Below are positions 12,064 to 23,531 of a DNA stretch of 40,962 bases, in pieces. The DNA comes from Octopus bimaculoides. Taxonomy: Eukaryota. The translations under genes were made by a program, and so were the position numbers. Location: assembly GCF_001194135.2 (NCBI RefSeq), contig NC_068984.1:86550721-86591682 (forward strand), written 5' to 3'. The notes under the pieces were generated by a model, which was not told where the DNA came from, searched no databases, and was given only the letters and a program-made list of their open reading frames with translations. How positions within the stretch are numbered: position 1 is the stretch's first letter; each line of letters begins with the position of its first letter.

Positions 12064-13221
12064 TGTCCATAAGACTCAGCGTCTACATAGAGTATACTGG
12101 CCTTTCAAAAAGTAAGATATTCTGACTCCTGTTGCTTTGTTCGCTGCACTAGTATGTCAAAAGAATGTTAATTGGTTCTTATTTCGTTTTTCATAATGAA
12201 TTATGTATAGAGTTCATATTATTCACATGTCTAAGTCACACTGCAAGTTTAGTGCAACAGTCTCTAGAGCCAAACTACTTCAAGGGTTCTGAAGAAATGT
12301 TAGCCATTATTGATGATAATGGTAAATCATAAGTCATCTTAATCCATGTTTGTAAATTTCCCTTTCCACTTGTAAGCTGCTACTATTTATTATATTGAAT
12401 ATGAGCATTTATCCATTGATATGTGGTCTTTTTTTCTTAAGATTTTAATTCTTTCTTATTATTCTGATTCTAATAACTGATAGAAGCTTATTGGAAAATA
12501 AGCTGACACGATGATGCATGTCTTCAATTAACACCATTAAATAGAAGAAACTTTTAATGTATGAAGAAGTTCTAATCCTGAGAAGTAAAGTGTTTTGTCC
12601 AGGAACAAACTTAAGTGAACTAAAAAAACGGCCGTAATTGACAAGCCTAAAATACATATAACTCTAGTGGAACCAGTTGGTAGATTGGATAGAAAACCCT
12701 GTACTTAGTGTCAGAAAAATTGATTTTCAGTATTTCTTTCAGCTCTGTATCATCTAAAATCAACTTTGACTTCCATCCCAGTGTAGATTAATGTACCAGT
12801 CAAATACTGGGTCGATAGCATCAACTAACACTTTCTTCTCAAAATTGCTGGTTTTGTGCCAAAATTAGAATTATCATCATCATCATCATCATCATCACTG
12901 TCATTGTACCATTGCAAGCAAATAGAATGTTAATTCCCTTCCATCATTTTGAGTATATTGAGTGAAAAACCTTTCTTCTATCAAATTACGAAGACATATG
13001 ATATTTCTCATCAGTAATGAATGTAAGATATTGAAAAGGAATCTCACACTTGTATTACTTTTAAATGTTCTATAAGAACTTTCGCACAAATTTATGCAGC
13101 TAATGAAGTGAGATCTATTTGCTGCACAGCAAATACTATATTTACTGGAACAGAAATTAAAGTTGACCATGGGCAACAGATCAATGTTGGTCAAGGGATT
13201 ATCCTATGTCTAAATTTGATG
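12064..13221 (+). CDS. Candidate phase-compatible exon chain (12064-12111, 12236-12321, 12603-12633, 13077-13221), product unknown
   Basis: AG/GT boundaries with consistent phases give VHKTQRLHRVYWPFKNHTASLVQQSLEPNYFKGSEEMLAIIDDNGTNLSELKKRPTFAQIYAANEVRSICCTANTIFTGTEIKVDHGQQINVGQGIILCLNLM. Codon pattern of the last exon looks coding. Confidence 0.3.
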
Positions 13222-13624
13222 GTAAAAAATTAATTTTCTCCATGTGTTTTTGACATACAATTCACAAAGATATTGGGTTATGGATCTCTTTGGTCCATTA
13301 TCAAAAAGGTGTTGCAATTACTGTAGTGTATAATTAGGGGGATACAAAATACAGCATTTCTTACATAAACTAGATCATATGCATTTACCTGTACTTGTTG
13401 CTTCATCAACCTACATTTCATACATGTATGTATAATTGTGAAGCAGTGTACCAGTGTTGTCAGTTAAGTTACAAAAGGTAACATTTACTGGTCCCTGTTT
13501 CTAACACACTAATGGAAATGCTGTATAAAAGTCAAGTCAAAATTGACTCACAGTCTCACTTGGTAGGACATCTGATATTAGTTCCTGTACAACACTCCTG
13601 GAATACAGTCTGTCATTTTGTGAA

Positions 13625-14805
13625 AAAATACCTCCTAGGAGAAACATCAATTGTACAGTAACATTCAAACTAAAACTATTGCTGTTGTTGAGAAGATAGT
13701 AATATAAGCAACAAGAGAATGTGGTATTTAGATGAATTTGTGAAAGATTAAAATTTGTCAAACTTTTTTATAATATAATCAACAATCTCTGAGGATAGAA
13801 GTTCAACCTTACAATGTTAAATGAAAGATGTTGAGAAGGTACTTGGAAAACATTAAGATGAAAAAAAATATGTATCTCATGGAACCTCTGAACTGTATGC
13901 ACAAGTAATCAGAAAAGGGTGGAATTTTAGATTTTATGGCAAATTTTAGCAGGGCACAGAGTTTATGAGGTAAGATTGCACAAAAATTGTCTACTGATCC
14001 AGATAGTATGTTACTTCTATTTCCTTAATTTGTTATCAGAAATCAGAAGGACAGTTAGAGATAATGATACAGAGAAAACATGGATGAAACCTCTGTTAAT
14101 CTCGACATCCAGAGAAATGATCTGCAAACTAAATAGGAAATTTTACTGGAGAAAACTATTGAGCATGAGAAAATAAGATTTCCTGTAGTTCTTTCTTTTG
14201 TAGCAAATGGTACTGATGGAAAGCACAAAAAGGTACTCAGATGGTTATCTTTAAGAGAAAGCTATTCCAAAAAGAATTGTATGTAAGCAGCCACAAGACT
14301 CAATGGATGAACATAGATTGAAGAAGTTTGGCATTTACAACTTGGTCTATGAAAGGAAGGAGAAGGTTTGTTCACCTGAAATAAGTTTAGATCACATTTA
14401 GTGAAGAGTATTTCTGTTAAGGTCTGACTGCAAAATACTTACATAGGGGTAACACTTAGTAGACTTGTGAGTATTTTACAACAGTTCACTGTTGATGTCA
14501 ATAAACCATTTACGAACATGGTGAAAACAAAATTAACTGGATTCATGATGAAGGGTAAAATCCTGCATGAATGGAGGCACTATGCACATTCCATCACTAT
14601 TTTTAATCTATGAAAGGAAATTATAAGTTGACATTATTATTAAATCTTTCAAGAAAGAGAATTTTGAATGCATTTTAATGGGACAGAAGATGAATACACA
14701 TGAGATGATGATGATGAAAGGCCTAGCATTGATATCACTCTCCTTGATGATTACAACTTATTCAGAGCTGAAGATGATGAACAATGTGATTTTGGAGGAT
14801 TTTGA
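13625..14805 (+). mobile_element. Highly degenerate pogo/Tigger-like (CENP-B HTH + DDE_1) transposase relic
   Basis: My translation across stops and frameshifts: PPRR..TFKLK (N-terminus), KIAQKL, NMDETSVNLD (14077-), EKIRFPVVLSFVANGT, FRSHL (14386-14400), LQQFTVDVNKPF, and acidic end LFRAEDDEQCDFGGF*. All are typical pogo-family motifs in order. Confidence 0.8.
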
Positions 14806-14935
14806 TGAACTTATCCATTTGAAATCTTTATGCTTTGCAATTAATTTGTTATTTAAGGTCAAACTGAGTTTCTACTTCAGTTCTGTATGTATAAATTATT
14901 GTTATTAATCATTTTCATTTTAATATTTATAATCT

Positions 14936-15150
14936 TAATCCTTTTTGCATGTAAACTGGCCATATCCAGCTAAAATATTCTACCTGTTTTATGTTCAAAC
15001 TAGCCATATCTGGCCTCTCACACCAACCTTACAATATCATTCTAAAAGTTAAGAGTTACCTTATCAGAATCTCAAAACATGATTAATTCAAAACAATGTG
15101 AATAAATAAGCATTACTTTTGACAGAATGATGTGAATGCTAAAGGATTAA
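14936..15150. mobile_element. piggyBac-type MITE, same family
   Basis: ttaa-tcctttttgcat ... tgaatgctaaagga-ttaa; internal similarity to 22061 and 8659 copies. Confidence 0.6.
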
Positions 15151-15152
15151 AC

Positions 15153-16431
15153 TGTCAGGCTGAGTAGAAAGTAAGCAATGTTTTGAAACATGAAATTCAT
15201 CACAATATATTTCAACAATGCAGAAATTTTATTCATCAAAGTCAGTACCATTACAATCAACATATTTTTGCCAATGAGTTACAAGTTTGTTTATTCCAGT
15301 AACATAAAAATCTGGAGTTCTGGAACTGATGAACTCTTTGAACACAATTTCAGCATCGGTTTGATATTTGAACTCCTCTCGCAGGAAACCATCAAGGTAC
15401 TTGAAACAGAGATAGTCAGTAAGAGAAAGGTCTGGGGAATAAGCTGGGTGAGGAAGAACTTCATAGCCAAGTTCCCTCAACTTCTGGAGCATCATTAGTG
15501 AAACATGTGATCAAGCATTGTCATGAAGAATGATTGGCCCTCTTCTGTTGACCAGTCTGGGGTGGAGGAGTAGCAGTTTTCATTCATTTTGGCAATTTCA
15601 TGGCAACATGTTTCTTCAGTAATGATTTTTTTGAGTTTTAAGAAGTTATAGTGGATGAGTTCAGCAGTACACCATCAGTCTCCATAACCTTCCTTTTGAA
15701 GAGCTCAGGTTTAGGGAAGGTTTTCGGTGCTTCATTTTGGTCCAACCACTGCAAAGAATGTTTTTTTTATTATTGTACAGAATCCACTTTTCATTGCAAG
15801 CTACAATATGATCGAGAAATGGATCAATCTGATTACAGAGAAGTGACAAGCATATTTCATATCTGCACATTTTCTGATTTTCATTCAAATTCTGTGGTAC
15901 CCATTTGTCGAGCCTTTTTGATTTTCCAATCGCATGCATATAGTTGCAGGTAGTTGTTTGGCTAACTTGAAGTTCTTTTGCCAGTTCTCATGGTTTTATG
16001 TGGATCTTTCTCAATGATGGTCTTTAATTGACTGTCATCAATGATAGATGGGTGTCCACTACGCTCACGATCTTCAAGGCTCAGGTCTCCACTGCAAAAT
16101 CGTTTAAACCATTTTCTAGCTGACCACTCACTGGTCATTTCCTCACCAAACATTTCATTGATATCACGATCAGTTTCAGCTGCTTTACATCCCTTTTTGG
16201 AGTTGAATTGCAAAATTGCTTGAATATCACACTTTGACAGTTCAATTCCAGATGATTGTATCAATGGTGAAAAAAATATCAATGTTAATTTATTGATGCA
16301 TTTGGGCAAGTCTATGTCTGTATAATCAGACAATTGCAAAAGAAATGTTTTTAAAAAATTCAAAATTCTGCAAAAATTCAATACAAATTCTTCATGGTTC
16401 AAAACGTTGCTTAGATTGAATTACCTAATTA
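15153..16431 (-). mobile_element. Degenerate mariner (Tc1/mariner) transposon with TIRs
   Basis: Split ORFs give HTH (ARKWFKRFCSGDLSLEDRERSGHP), KWVP, IVACNEKW (first catalytic D reads N) and HPAYSPDLSLTDY. Inverted repeats: taagcaatgttttgaaacatgaa (15172-15194) vs ttcatggttcaaaacgttgctta (16391-16413). ~1.28 kb, frameshifted. Confidence 0.93.
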
Positions 16432-17342
16432 GAAGTTTAAAAAATCAACACAGAGTATAAAAAATCAACACAGAGTACTGTGATGAATGTGATTATTATG
16501 AAGGTTAGCAAATGATAGTAGACACATGTAAGTATTGACAAGAGCTACAGGACCATTTTAACTTGGCGGAATGTGTGTTGATGCATATACTGAATAATTG
16601 GTAGTACTTTTTTTTTGGTGGGGTGTCTTTTGTTTCTCTTCCTCATTCACTGAAGAAGTCATTAGGAGCTCTGCTACTAATTGATATTATACCTTAAATT
16701 ATACTTTGAATGTCAGCTCCTCATATGTAGTATCCATCTAATAGTTGAAATTTAGCCTGGAAAGTCTGGTCTAAAAATTTTGATTTGTATATACATATAT
16801 AAACAATACCAAGAAGTTTGACGTAGGTAAAAGAGTCATATTCATCTTAGCAATGTTGTCACCTCTAAATTGGAAGCTATTTCTAGGAAGTTTATTTCAT
16901 TTATTCTTTTTCATATTTTTTTTCTGTATTAGTTTCATGCACATGTTTGGAAATTATTATCTTATATTTTTAAGAGTTTTAGATATTTATAATTCTTTGA
17001 TATAAAATAATTTTCAATTTACTTTGTCTTTGTTTGAGGGCATATCGGTAGTGGGAGACTTGAAACAGTAACTGGAGGTGGAGTGAATGACAGTCAGAGA
17101 CATTAAATATAGCAAAGAGAAAGTGAAAACTTCCAGTTTCCAAGAAAAAAATTCTTTCAGAGCAGAAGATTACCAAGTATATTTAATCTCACACACACAC
17201 ACACAAGCAATACATTTACATATATATATATATATATATATATATGAATACTATTGCATAAGAAAATTATATAATTTATGAACACAATTTCTTGCAAAAA
17301 TCCAGGTCTAACACAAGGGAAGTAACAAGGTATTCTTATTAG

Positions 17343-17412
17343 TTACCTCCCATGATCTGTGTATTTATTTTGAAATCCTGTTCAATCTCATCTATTCTCA
17401 TCCAAAATGGAG
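17343..17412 (+). other. Candidate upstream exon ending in ATG GAG
   Basis: Near-consensus donor gag|gtgagt; acceptor tattcttattag|; ATG at 17407 in strong context (aaaATGG). A competing minus-strand reading is possible. Confidence 0.35.
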
Positions 17413-17599
17413 GTGAGTACCAACACTTCCATGCAGTATACCTGAACAATTGTGAAGGTTGCAGTGTCGAGCACCCATTCTCACTGTTCGATATTTGCAA
17501 ATATTTGTACAAATGTGTGTATCTGTGTCTCCTTGATATCATGCAACATTTGTAAATGAGCATTACTCATGCAATACTGTTAATTTTCAATCTTCCATA

Positions 17600-17935
17600 A
17601 AAACATGTTTGGACGTGGGAAATATTACCTTGCTTGGAAACAAGAGAGTTGACAGCATAGGCATCTGGTCATAGAAAATTTGCCTCAACAAATTCCATCT
17701 GACCAATGCAAGTAGGGAAATATGGACATCAAAATGATTGTACATATTAAATGCCATGTTCCATGTTGGCATGAGTTGAACAGGTTGACAGGATCTGATG
17801 GATCCGAGGACTGCATCATGCTCCAGTAGCTTCTCTGGCATAATTTCTATGGCTGGATGCCCTTCTTAATGCCAACCACTTTACAGTTTGTACAGGGTGC
17901 TTTTTTCATGCCACCAGCACTGTTGGAATTGTCTA
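17600..17935. mobile_element. Two degenerate RTE-tail-like fragments, tail to tail
   Basis: Diverged matches to ggcatctgg..tagaaa / ggatgcccttcttaatgccaaccact motifs in opposite orientations. Confidence 0.45.
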
Positions 17936-18401
17936 GTTACCCACATAACTATGAACTCCAAGAGAGAAAGGGTCAGAACTTGTAAATTTTAATGACCAGT
18001 ATGCTCATTTAAATCATAATCTTCATTTAGTTGATAAAAAATTTTCATAAAGTGATTATGTATTTAAAAATATTCAAATTATTTTCCAATTAGCAATTTC
18101 ATTGTTTTGCTTTTTTATTTTTCATTTGAAGCTTGGTTAATTCATTTGCATTTGTTGTTTTTACTTCTCTCCTAAGACTACAACCTATGATCAAGTCATT
18201 CCATCTACAACAATCCATTGTTCTTTTTATACTCAGTGTTTCTAAGACGACTACATTGTGCAATATGTCCCTCTCCTTTTATTAAAACAATATGATATGA
18301 GGGAGAGTTAACTGCTATTTCTACCAAGTCAGATAATCACATAGATGACCAATCTTCTATATTTTAATGAGATTAAAAATAAATACCCGAGTTGAATATC
18401 T

Positions 18402-18803
18402 TTTACTTGTTTCAGTCATTAGACTGCAACTCTGCTGGGGCACAGTCTTGAAGAACTTTAGTCAAATGAATCAACCCCAGTACTTTTTATTTTTGTAAAG
18501 CCTGGTACTTATCAGTCTCTTTTTGCCAAACCACTAAGTTACAGGGACGTAAACACACCAACAAGTGGTGGTGGTGAGAGACAAATACATACACAAAGAC
18601 ACACACACACATAATTATTTATATACACACACACACACCCAATCAACTTCTTTCAGTTTCCGTCTACCAAATCCATTTACAAGGTTTTGGTTGGTGCAAG
18701 GCTATTGTTGAAGACACTTGTACAAGGTGTCATGCAGTGGAACTGAACCCAGAACCATATGGCAGAAAAGTAAACTTCTCACCATGCAACCACACCTGCA
18801 CCT
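18402..18803 (-). mobile_element. SINE family A copy
   Basis: Reverse complement of family A (ttttacttgtttcagtcatt...tttcagtttccgtctaccaaatcc). Confidence 0.75.
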
Positions 18804-19044
18804 GTATTGATAGGTTTCACTCTGTATATTTTCAGTAATTTTCCAATTGTCATCTTTTTTACATTTATGTTTTATTGAAGTGACAATGGATTCATCATCA
18901 TCATTTTACATGCACTTTTCCATGGATCAGAGAGATTTTCTACAACCTCGCTTGTATGAAGATGGTACTCATTTACAACTGTCCTGTGATGTCTAGACAA
19001 AGGTGTACACACACATATATTCATACATATGTATGTATATATGT

Positions 19045-19388
19045 GGAGGCGCAATGGCCCAGTGGTTAGGGCAGTGGACTCGCGGTTATAGGATCGAGGT
19101 TTCGATTCCCAGACCGGGCGTTGTGAGTGTTTATTGAGCGAAAATACCTAAAGCTCCACGAGGCTACAGCAGGGGATGGTGGCGAACCCTGCTGTACTCT
19201 TTCACCACAACTTTCTCTCACTCTTACTTCCTGTTTCTGTTGTGCCTGTAATTCAAAGGGCCAGCCTTGTCACACTGTGTCACGCTGAATATCCCCGAGA
19301 ACTACGTTAAGGGTACACGTGTCTGTGGAGTGCTCAGCCACTTGCACATTAATTTCACGAGCAGGCTGTTTCGTTGATCGGATCAACA
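19045..19388 (+). mobile_element. tRNA-derived SINE family D, well-preserved pol III boxes
   Basis: A box tggcccagtgg (19055-19065), B box ggtttcgattcc (19098-19109), CpG-rich body. Confidence 0.75.
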
Positions 19389-19399
19389 TGTATATACAC

Positions 19400-19540
19400 A
19401 CAGTAGGTTGTTTTCAGTTTCCATCTATCAAATCCACAAGTCTTTCATTGACCCAGGCCTATTGTAGAAGACTCTTGCCTAAAGTGCCACACAGTGGAAC
19501 TGAACCCGAGATCATATGGTTAGGAAGCAAGCATTTTAAC
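19400..19540 (-). mobile_element. SINE family A head
   Basis: ttttcagtttccatctatcaaatccacaag...gtggaactgaaccc, reverse complement of head. Confidence 0.65.
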
Positions 19541-20717
19541 CATGCAGCCTTGCCTGTGTCTATTAGCAAAATGCATCAGGCTAAAAGCTTTTCAGTATTT
19601 AGTTTTATATCATTGCATTCTTAGTTTGAAATCAGATGGTACTGATTTTGTTTTTCATCTGAGTGTGATAGAATAAGACCAGTCATGCTCTAGAGTTTTT
19701 ATTTGTTGGTTGTTTGTAAACATTGTGGTGTATATCTTCTGAGAATTTTCTGTTTCTTGTTTGCAAAAGCTTCATCAGCACAGTAGTTTTTATTAGATAC
19801 AAGAATCTAGGGATATGTTTTGGGTTTTTTTAACAATCACAGGTTTGTTGGTGCTGAAAATTTAGGTAGTGGTTTTTTAATTTTTACTTTACTGAAATTA
19901 TAATGCTTGTCTCAGTTCATTGCAATAATAATAGTATATGGAAGAGATGTTGAGATAGCATTTCTTTCTCTGTGAATAGCATGGAGTTGACTTGTTCCAG
20001 AAGAGCCAAGTCATCCTTCTGATACTGTTAGAGAATGAAGTGTGTTCTCAGCATCTCTAAGCCAAAATGAGTTCTAATGGTACTATTTTTAGAGCTTTGT
20101 TCTGAAAATTAACTATTATTAATAAAAATGGCAAATCTATTATTGTACTTTTCAATTGTTCCTATTAGAAATTAAGTTTTACATAATGTTAACTTTTCTG
20201 CATTATACTGTCGAATGGTATATTTTATGAGATTTGTGTCTCTGTCTAGCTTTTGAAAACAGTTATTACTCAAGTAATTAACTGAATTGCAAATAATAAT
20301 AAAGTAAAGTGAACAACTGTTCATTCTACTCCGGGCTTCAGAAACATAAATTGTTGTTATTGAGTTGATCCAAGGTAGCCAATCCAGCATGCTTGATGTT
20401 TTATGCTTCCCTCATTTTACTAAGCAACAGCTGGTTTTGCTAATTTTTTTTTTTTTGTAAATGTTATAGCCACTTCACTGTGTGACTTTTCAATAGGCTT
20501 TGACAGGTCTGTAGTATTTCTTAATTCTTTAGTATTTTTTTTTTCTTATTTTACATTACAAACGCTACAATATAATTTACTGTTTATACTTCTGTACCTA
20601 AACAAATACTTCAGCTTTGTTTATGTTTCTATAAAGTTTCGAAGAACATCAACAAATTAAATCTATTGAACCAATTAATTAGACTTGTATATACAGCATT
20701 AGTTTCTTTCTTTTTAG

Positions 20718-20771
20718 TGACTGGTAAAAGTTTACATAAAGAGTATTTGTTTAGATATTGAAAGTGAATCC
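20718..20771 (+). other. Candidate 54-nt non-coding (5'UTR) exon
   Basis: Acceptor agtttctttctttttag|, donor tcc|gtaagt. Stops in all three frames; begins with TGA. Confidence 0.5.
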
Positions 20772-20910
20772 GTAAGTGAATAAAAAGTGAAAACCAACTA
20801 GAAATTAAATCCATTTCTTCTTTGTAGATATCATGATATATTTTATCACTACTTTTCAGTTCTGATAATATTCATTTTAACATTTATATGTTTGCTTTTT
20901 ACTGTTGCAG

Positions 20911-20947
20911 CAAAAACTTCAAACTCTTCCTTATTGTTTCAATGAAA
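20911..20947 (+). other. Candidate 37-nt 5'UTR exon of the AT-hook gene
   Basis: Acceptor tttgctttttactgttgcag|, donor aaa|gtaaat. Contains uATG at 20942 (MKVFVML* after splicing to 23507). Confidence 0.55.
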
Positions 20948-22060
20948 GTAAATATTCTTAATTCAATCAAGTTACTTTTTGGGAACCATATCTAGTTTTC
21001 TTCTTATGACCTATAATCTCAACACTAAAATGAATTTTAAAAAATGTGAGCCCAAAGGAAGTTATAAACCATCTGTTAGTAACTAAACTGGTGGGGTTCT
21101 CACTTGGTCAATTTTTTTTTTTTTATATATAAATTTTGTTCATACAATATAAAATGCAGACATTGTAAAATAATCATACAAGTACAGAAATTAAAAATGT
21201 GCTAATTAGATTATGATCACTAATATAAAAAGCCAAATGATATTTTTTTTGTTGATTTCTTGCGGTTATACTACAGGAATGTGAAAGGAGAAAGAGTGGT
21301 TGGAGTAATGGACTGAGAATGGGGAAACCAATGGTCATTACACACACACACACCTAATGTAGAATTAAACTATATAAAGAAAGGGAAAGAGTAGTAAGAA
21401 AAGTTGTGCCAGTAAATTGAGGGGAAAACATTCTGAAGAGAATGAGATTAAGGCAGAGAAGATGTGTAAAAAGATTGGTCAGATAAAAGAAGACAAGAGT
21501 AAGGGTGAGTTAAATGGTCATTATAGTACAGAAGTTAGAGGGAAAATAATAATAGATGAAGAGAGATATAAACATAGTAATATGGCTGTGTTGACAAGCA
21601 GTCAATCTGCTGACATGCACATCCAAGCAAGCAGCTGCTATATTTTCATTAAGTTGATGATAATGAAAATTTTATATTTGCAGCTCTGAGAGTAGATCAA
21701 AAAATTGGGGCTATGAGATTTAAAGAAAACTTAGGGAAGCTGGTATCTTTATAAAGAATGTTGTATCCAAAAAATTATTACATTTACTAATTTTATATTT
21801 CCCCACCCCCAAAATCCCATACTGTATGTGGATTACTCTCTCTAAACCCTCAGTCTCCAGATGTAATATAACTGCCAGTCCTACATGTTGCCATCAGCAA
21901 GGTTCTTGGTTAATATACTTAATTCCCTATTGACTCAGGTTTGGACAAAATAGCCTGTTGAGATAGTTGAATACAGAGTTTACATAGACTCTACCGGAGT
22001 GTTATCCAAGCCTTGACTCATAATCTGAAGATGGGTAGTAAATGCAGAAAACAGAAACCT

Positions 22061-22230
22061 TTAACCCTTCAGCATTCAAACTGTCCAAATCAGGCTTCTC
22101 ACTTATACCTAATAATGCTATTCAAAACTTAAGCAATCACATCATTGAAAGCTCAAAGCTTTATAATTCAAATCAATATGAATGAATATGTATTATGTTT
22201 GACAGAGTAATCTGAATGCTAAAGGGTTAG
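22061..22230. mobile_element. piggyBac-type MITE
   Basis: TTAA-CCCTTCAGCATTCA ... TGAATGCTAAAGGG-TTAG: terminal inverted repeats with TTAA-like target sites. Confidence 0.7.
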
Positions 22231-23490
22231 GTATCTTAACTGAAATTTCTCTTTGTTCTCAGCCTTGTGAAATTAGTTTTATATGTGAACTGGTTGGTTT
22301 AGAAATATCCTCATTGGCCAAACCAAAGACATTATGCATTTAATTTTAAACAATGTTAGAATAAGAATGCAGCTTTGCTTAGTAACATTACAGAAACAAT
22401 TTTAGTTGCAGTTGAAAAGTCAAGAGTGCAAAACAGAACATTGTAACAATATTAATTAATGAAAACTTGCTTATAACTTGGTTGCCCTGATTTTGATGCA
22501 ATCTAAAATGATTGTGTGTGTGTGTATTTAAGAATTAATTCATTTTAGAATATTAAGGGAAAATTGTGTATCATCTGTATAAGAGGATATGATTAGTAGT
22601 TAACAACTATCAAGTGATTAATGTACAGAAGGTGAGATTGTGGAAGATATAACCAAACATTGAGACACAGCAGACGTGTTAGGATGGTAGTCTCACAAGA
22701 AATTTCCTATCAAAGAGATGACATTCTTTACTAGAAGGTGGTTCTTATGCTGATATCATGGGCAACATGTTTACTTTTGTTGAAATCTCAAAACAAGAGA
22801 AAAATTAGTCATTGCTGAGTAAGCAAATAAATAAAGCGTAATAAAAGATTTTATTTCAAGGATTTTGGAAGTGGAAGGATACCTGGTAAGGTTGCCATTT
22901 TTGAGAATGAAACTCATTGTCGTGTATTTCCTAGAAAGAGAGAGGGATTTGATGAGGATAGAAGGCAGCTTCAGAACATTTTTTTTTTAGTATGATGGTA
23001 GCAGAAACATTTTCAGGATTGATCAACTTGATGAGCTTTAAATAATCACAGGACTCACTCCTATATGACCACTGTATCCTTATGGTATTCAGTTTGAGAT
23101 GGTGAATACATGGAGAGTTTTCTTGTTTGTGTTGAGTGGGTTTAGATGCAAACCCAGTAGCAGATACAGGATCTTTGTCCATGGAAATATTGTTTACAGA
23201 GCCAATTTGTCAATAGAAATCCTCTTAGCAAAAGAGATACAATCAGGGAAAGCTTGCAGGTTCAATTCTCAATTTGGCAGTGACTAGACAAGTTTATGAT
23301 ATAAGAAACTGTGATAACAGTTTAAAGGTTGGCTTTGGAAATGAGAAATAGTGTTGCTAAGACAATCAATCAGTCAACTCAACAAGGAGATCAATCTGTA
23401 GGCAGCTCTCCACTAAATTTTTATATTCTATCCTATGTTATTGTTAGAGCTTTTAAAATCTATTTACAAATGCAATGTTTTTAATCATTC

Positions 23491-23506
23491 AATTTTTTTT
23501 TTCCAG
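23491..23506 (+). other. 3' splice acceptor of the giant exon
   Basis: aatttttttttttccag|G: polypyrimidine tract plus CAG, 25 nt upstream of the ATG. Confidence 0.8.
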
Positions 23507-23531
23507 GTCTTTGTGATGCTATAAAACTAAA

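Noticed and set aside
12961-13030. SEKPF resembling a C2H2 zinc-finger linker
   Set aside because: No flanking CxxC/HxxxH, and stops follow immediately.
13553-13641. Minus-strand exon-like segment GGIFSQNDRLYSRSVVQELISDVLPSET
   Set aside because: It overlaps the 5' end of the pogo relic on the opposite strand, so it is more likely a shadow frame.
13931-14176. Plus-strand exon-like pieces (ILWQILAGHRVYE; ORF 13976-14176)
   Set aside because: They lie inside the degenerate pogo transposase.
20718-20720. Exon-initial TGA as selenocysteine
   Set aside because: No CxxU context, no similarity to selenoprotein families, and no SECIS seen.
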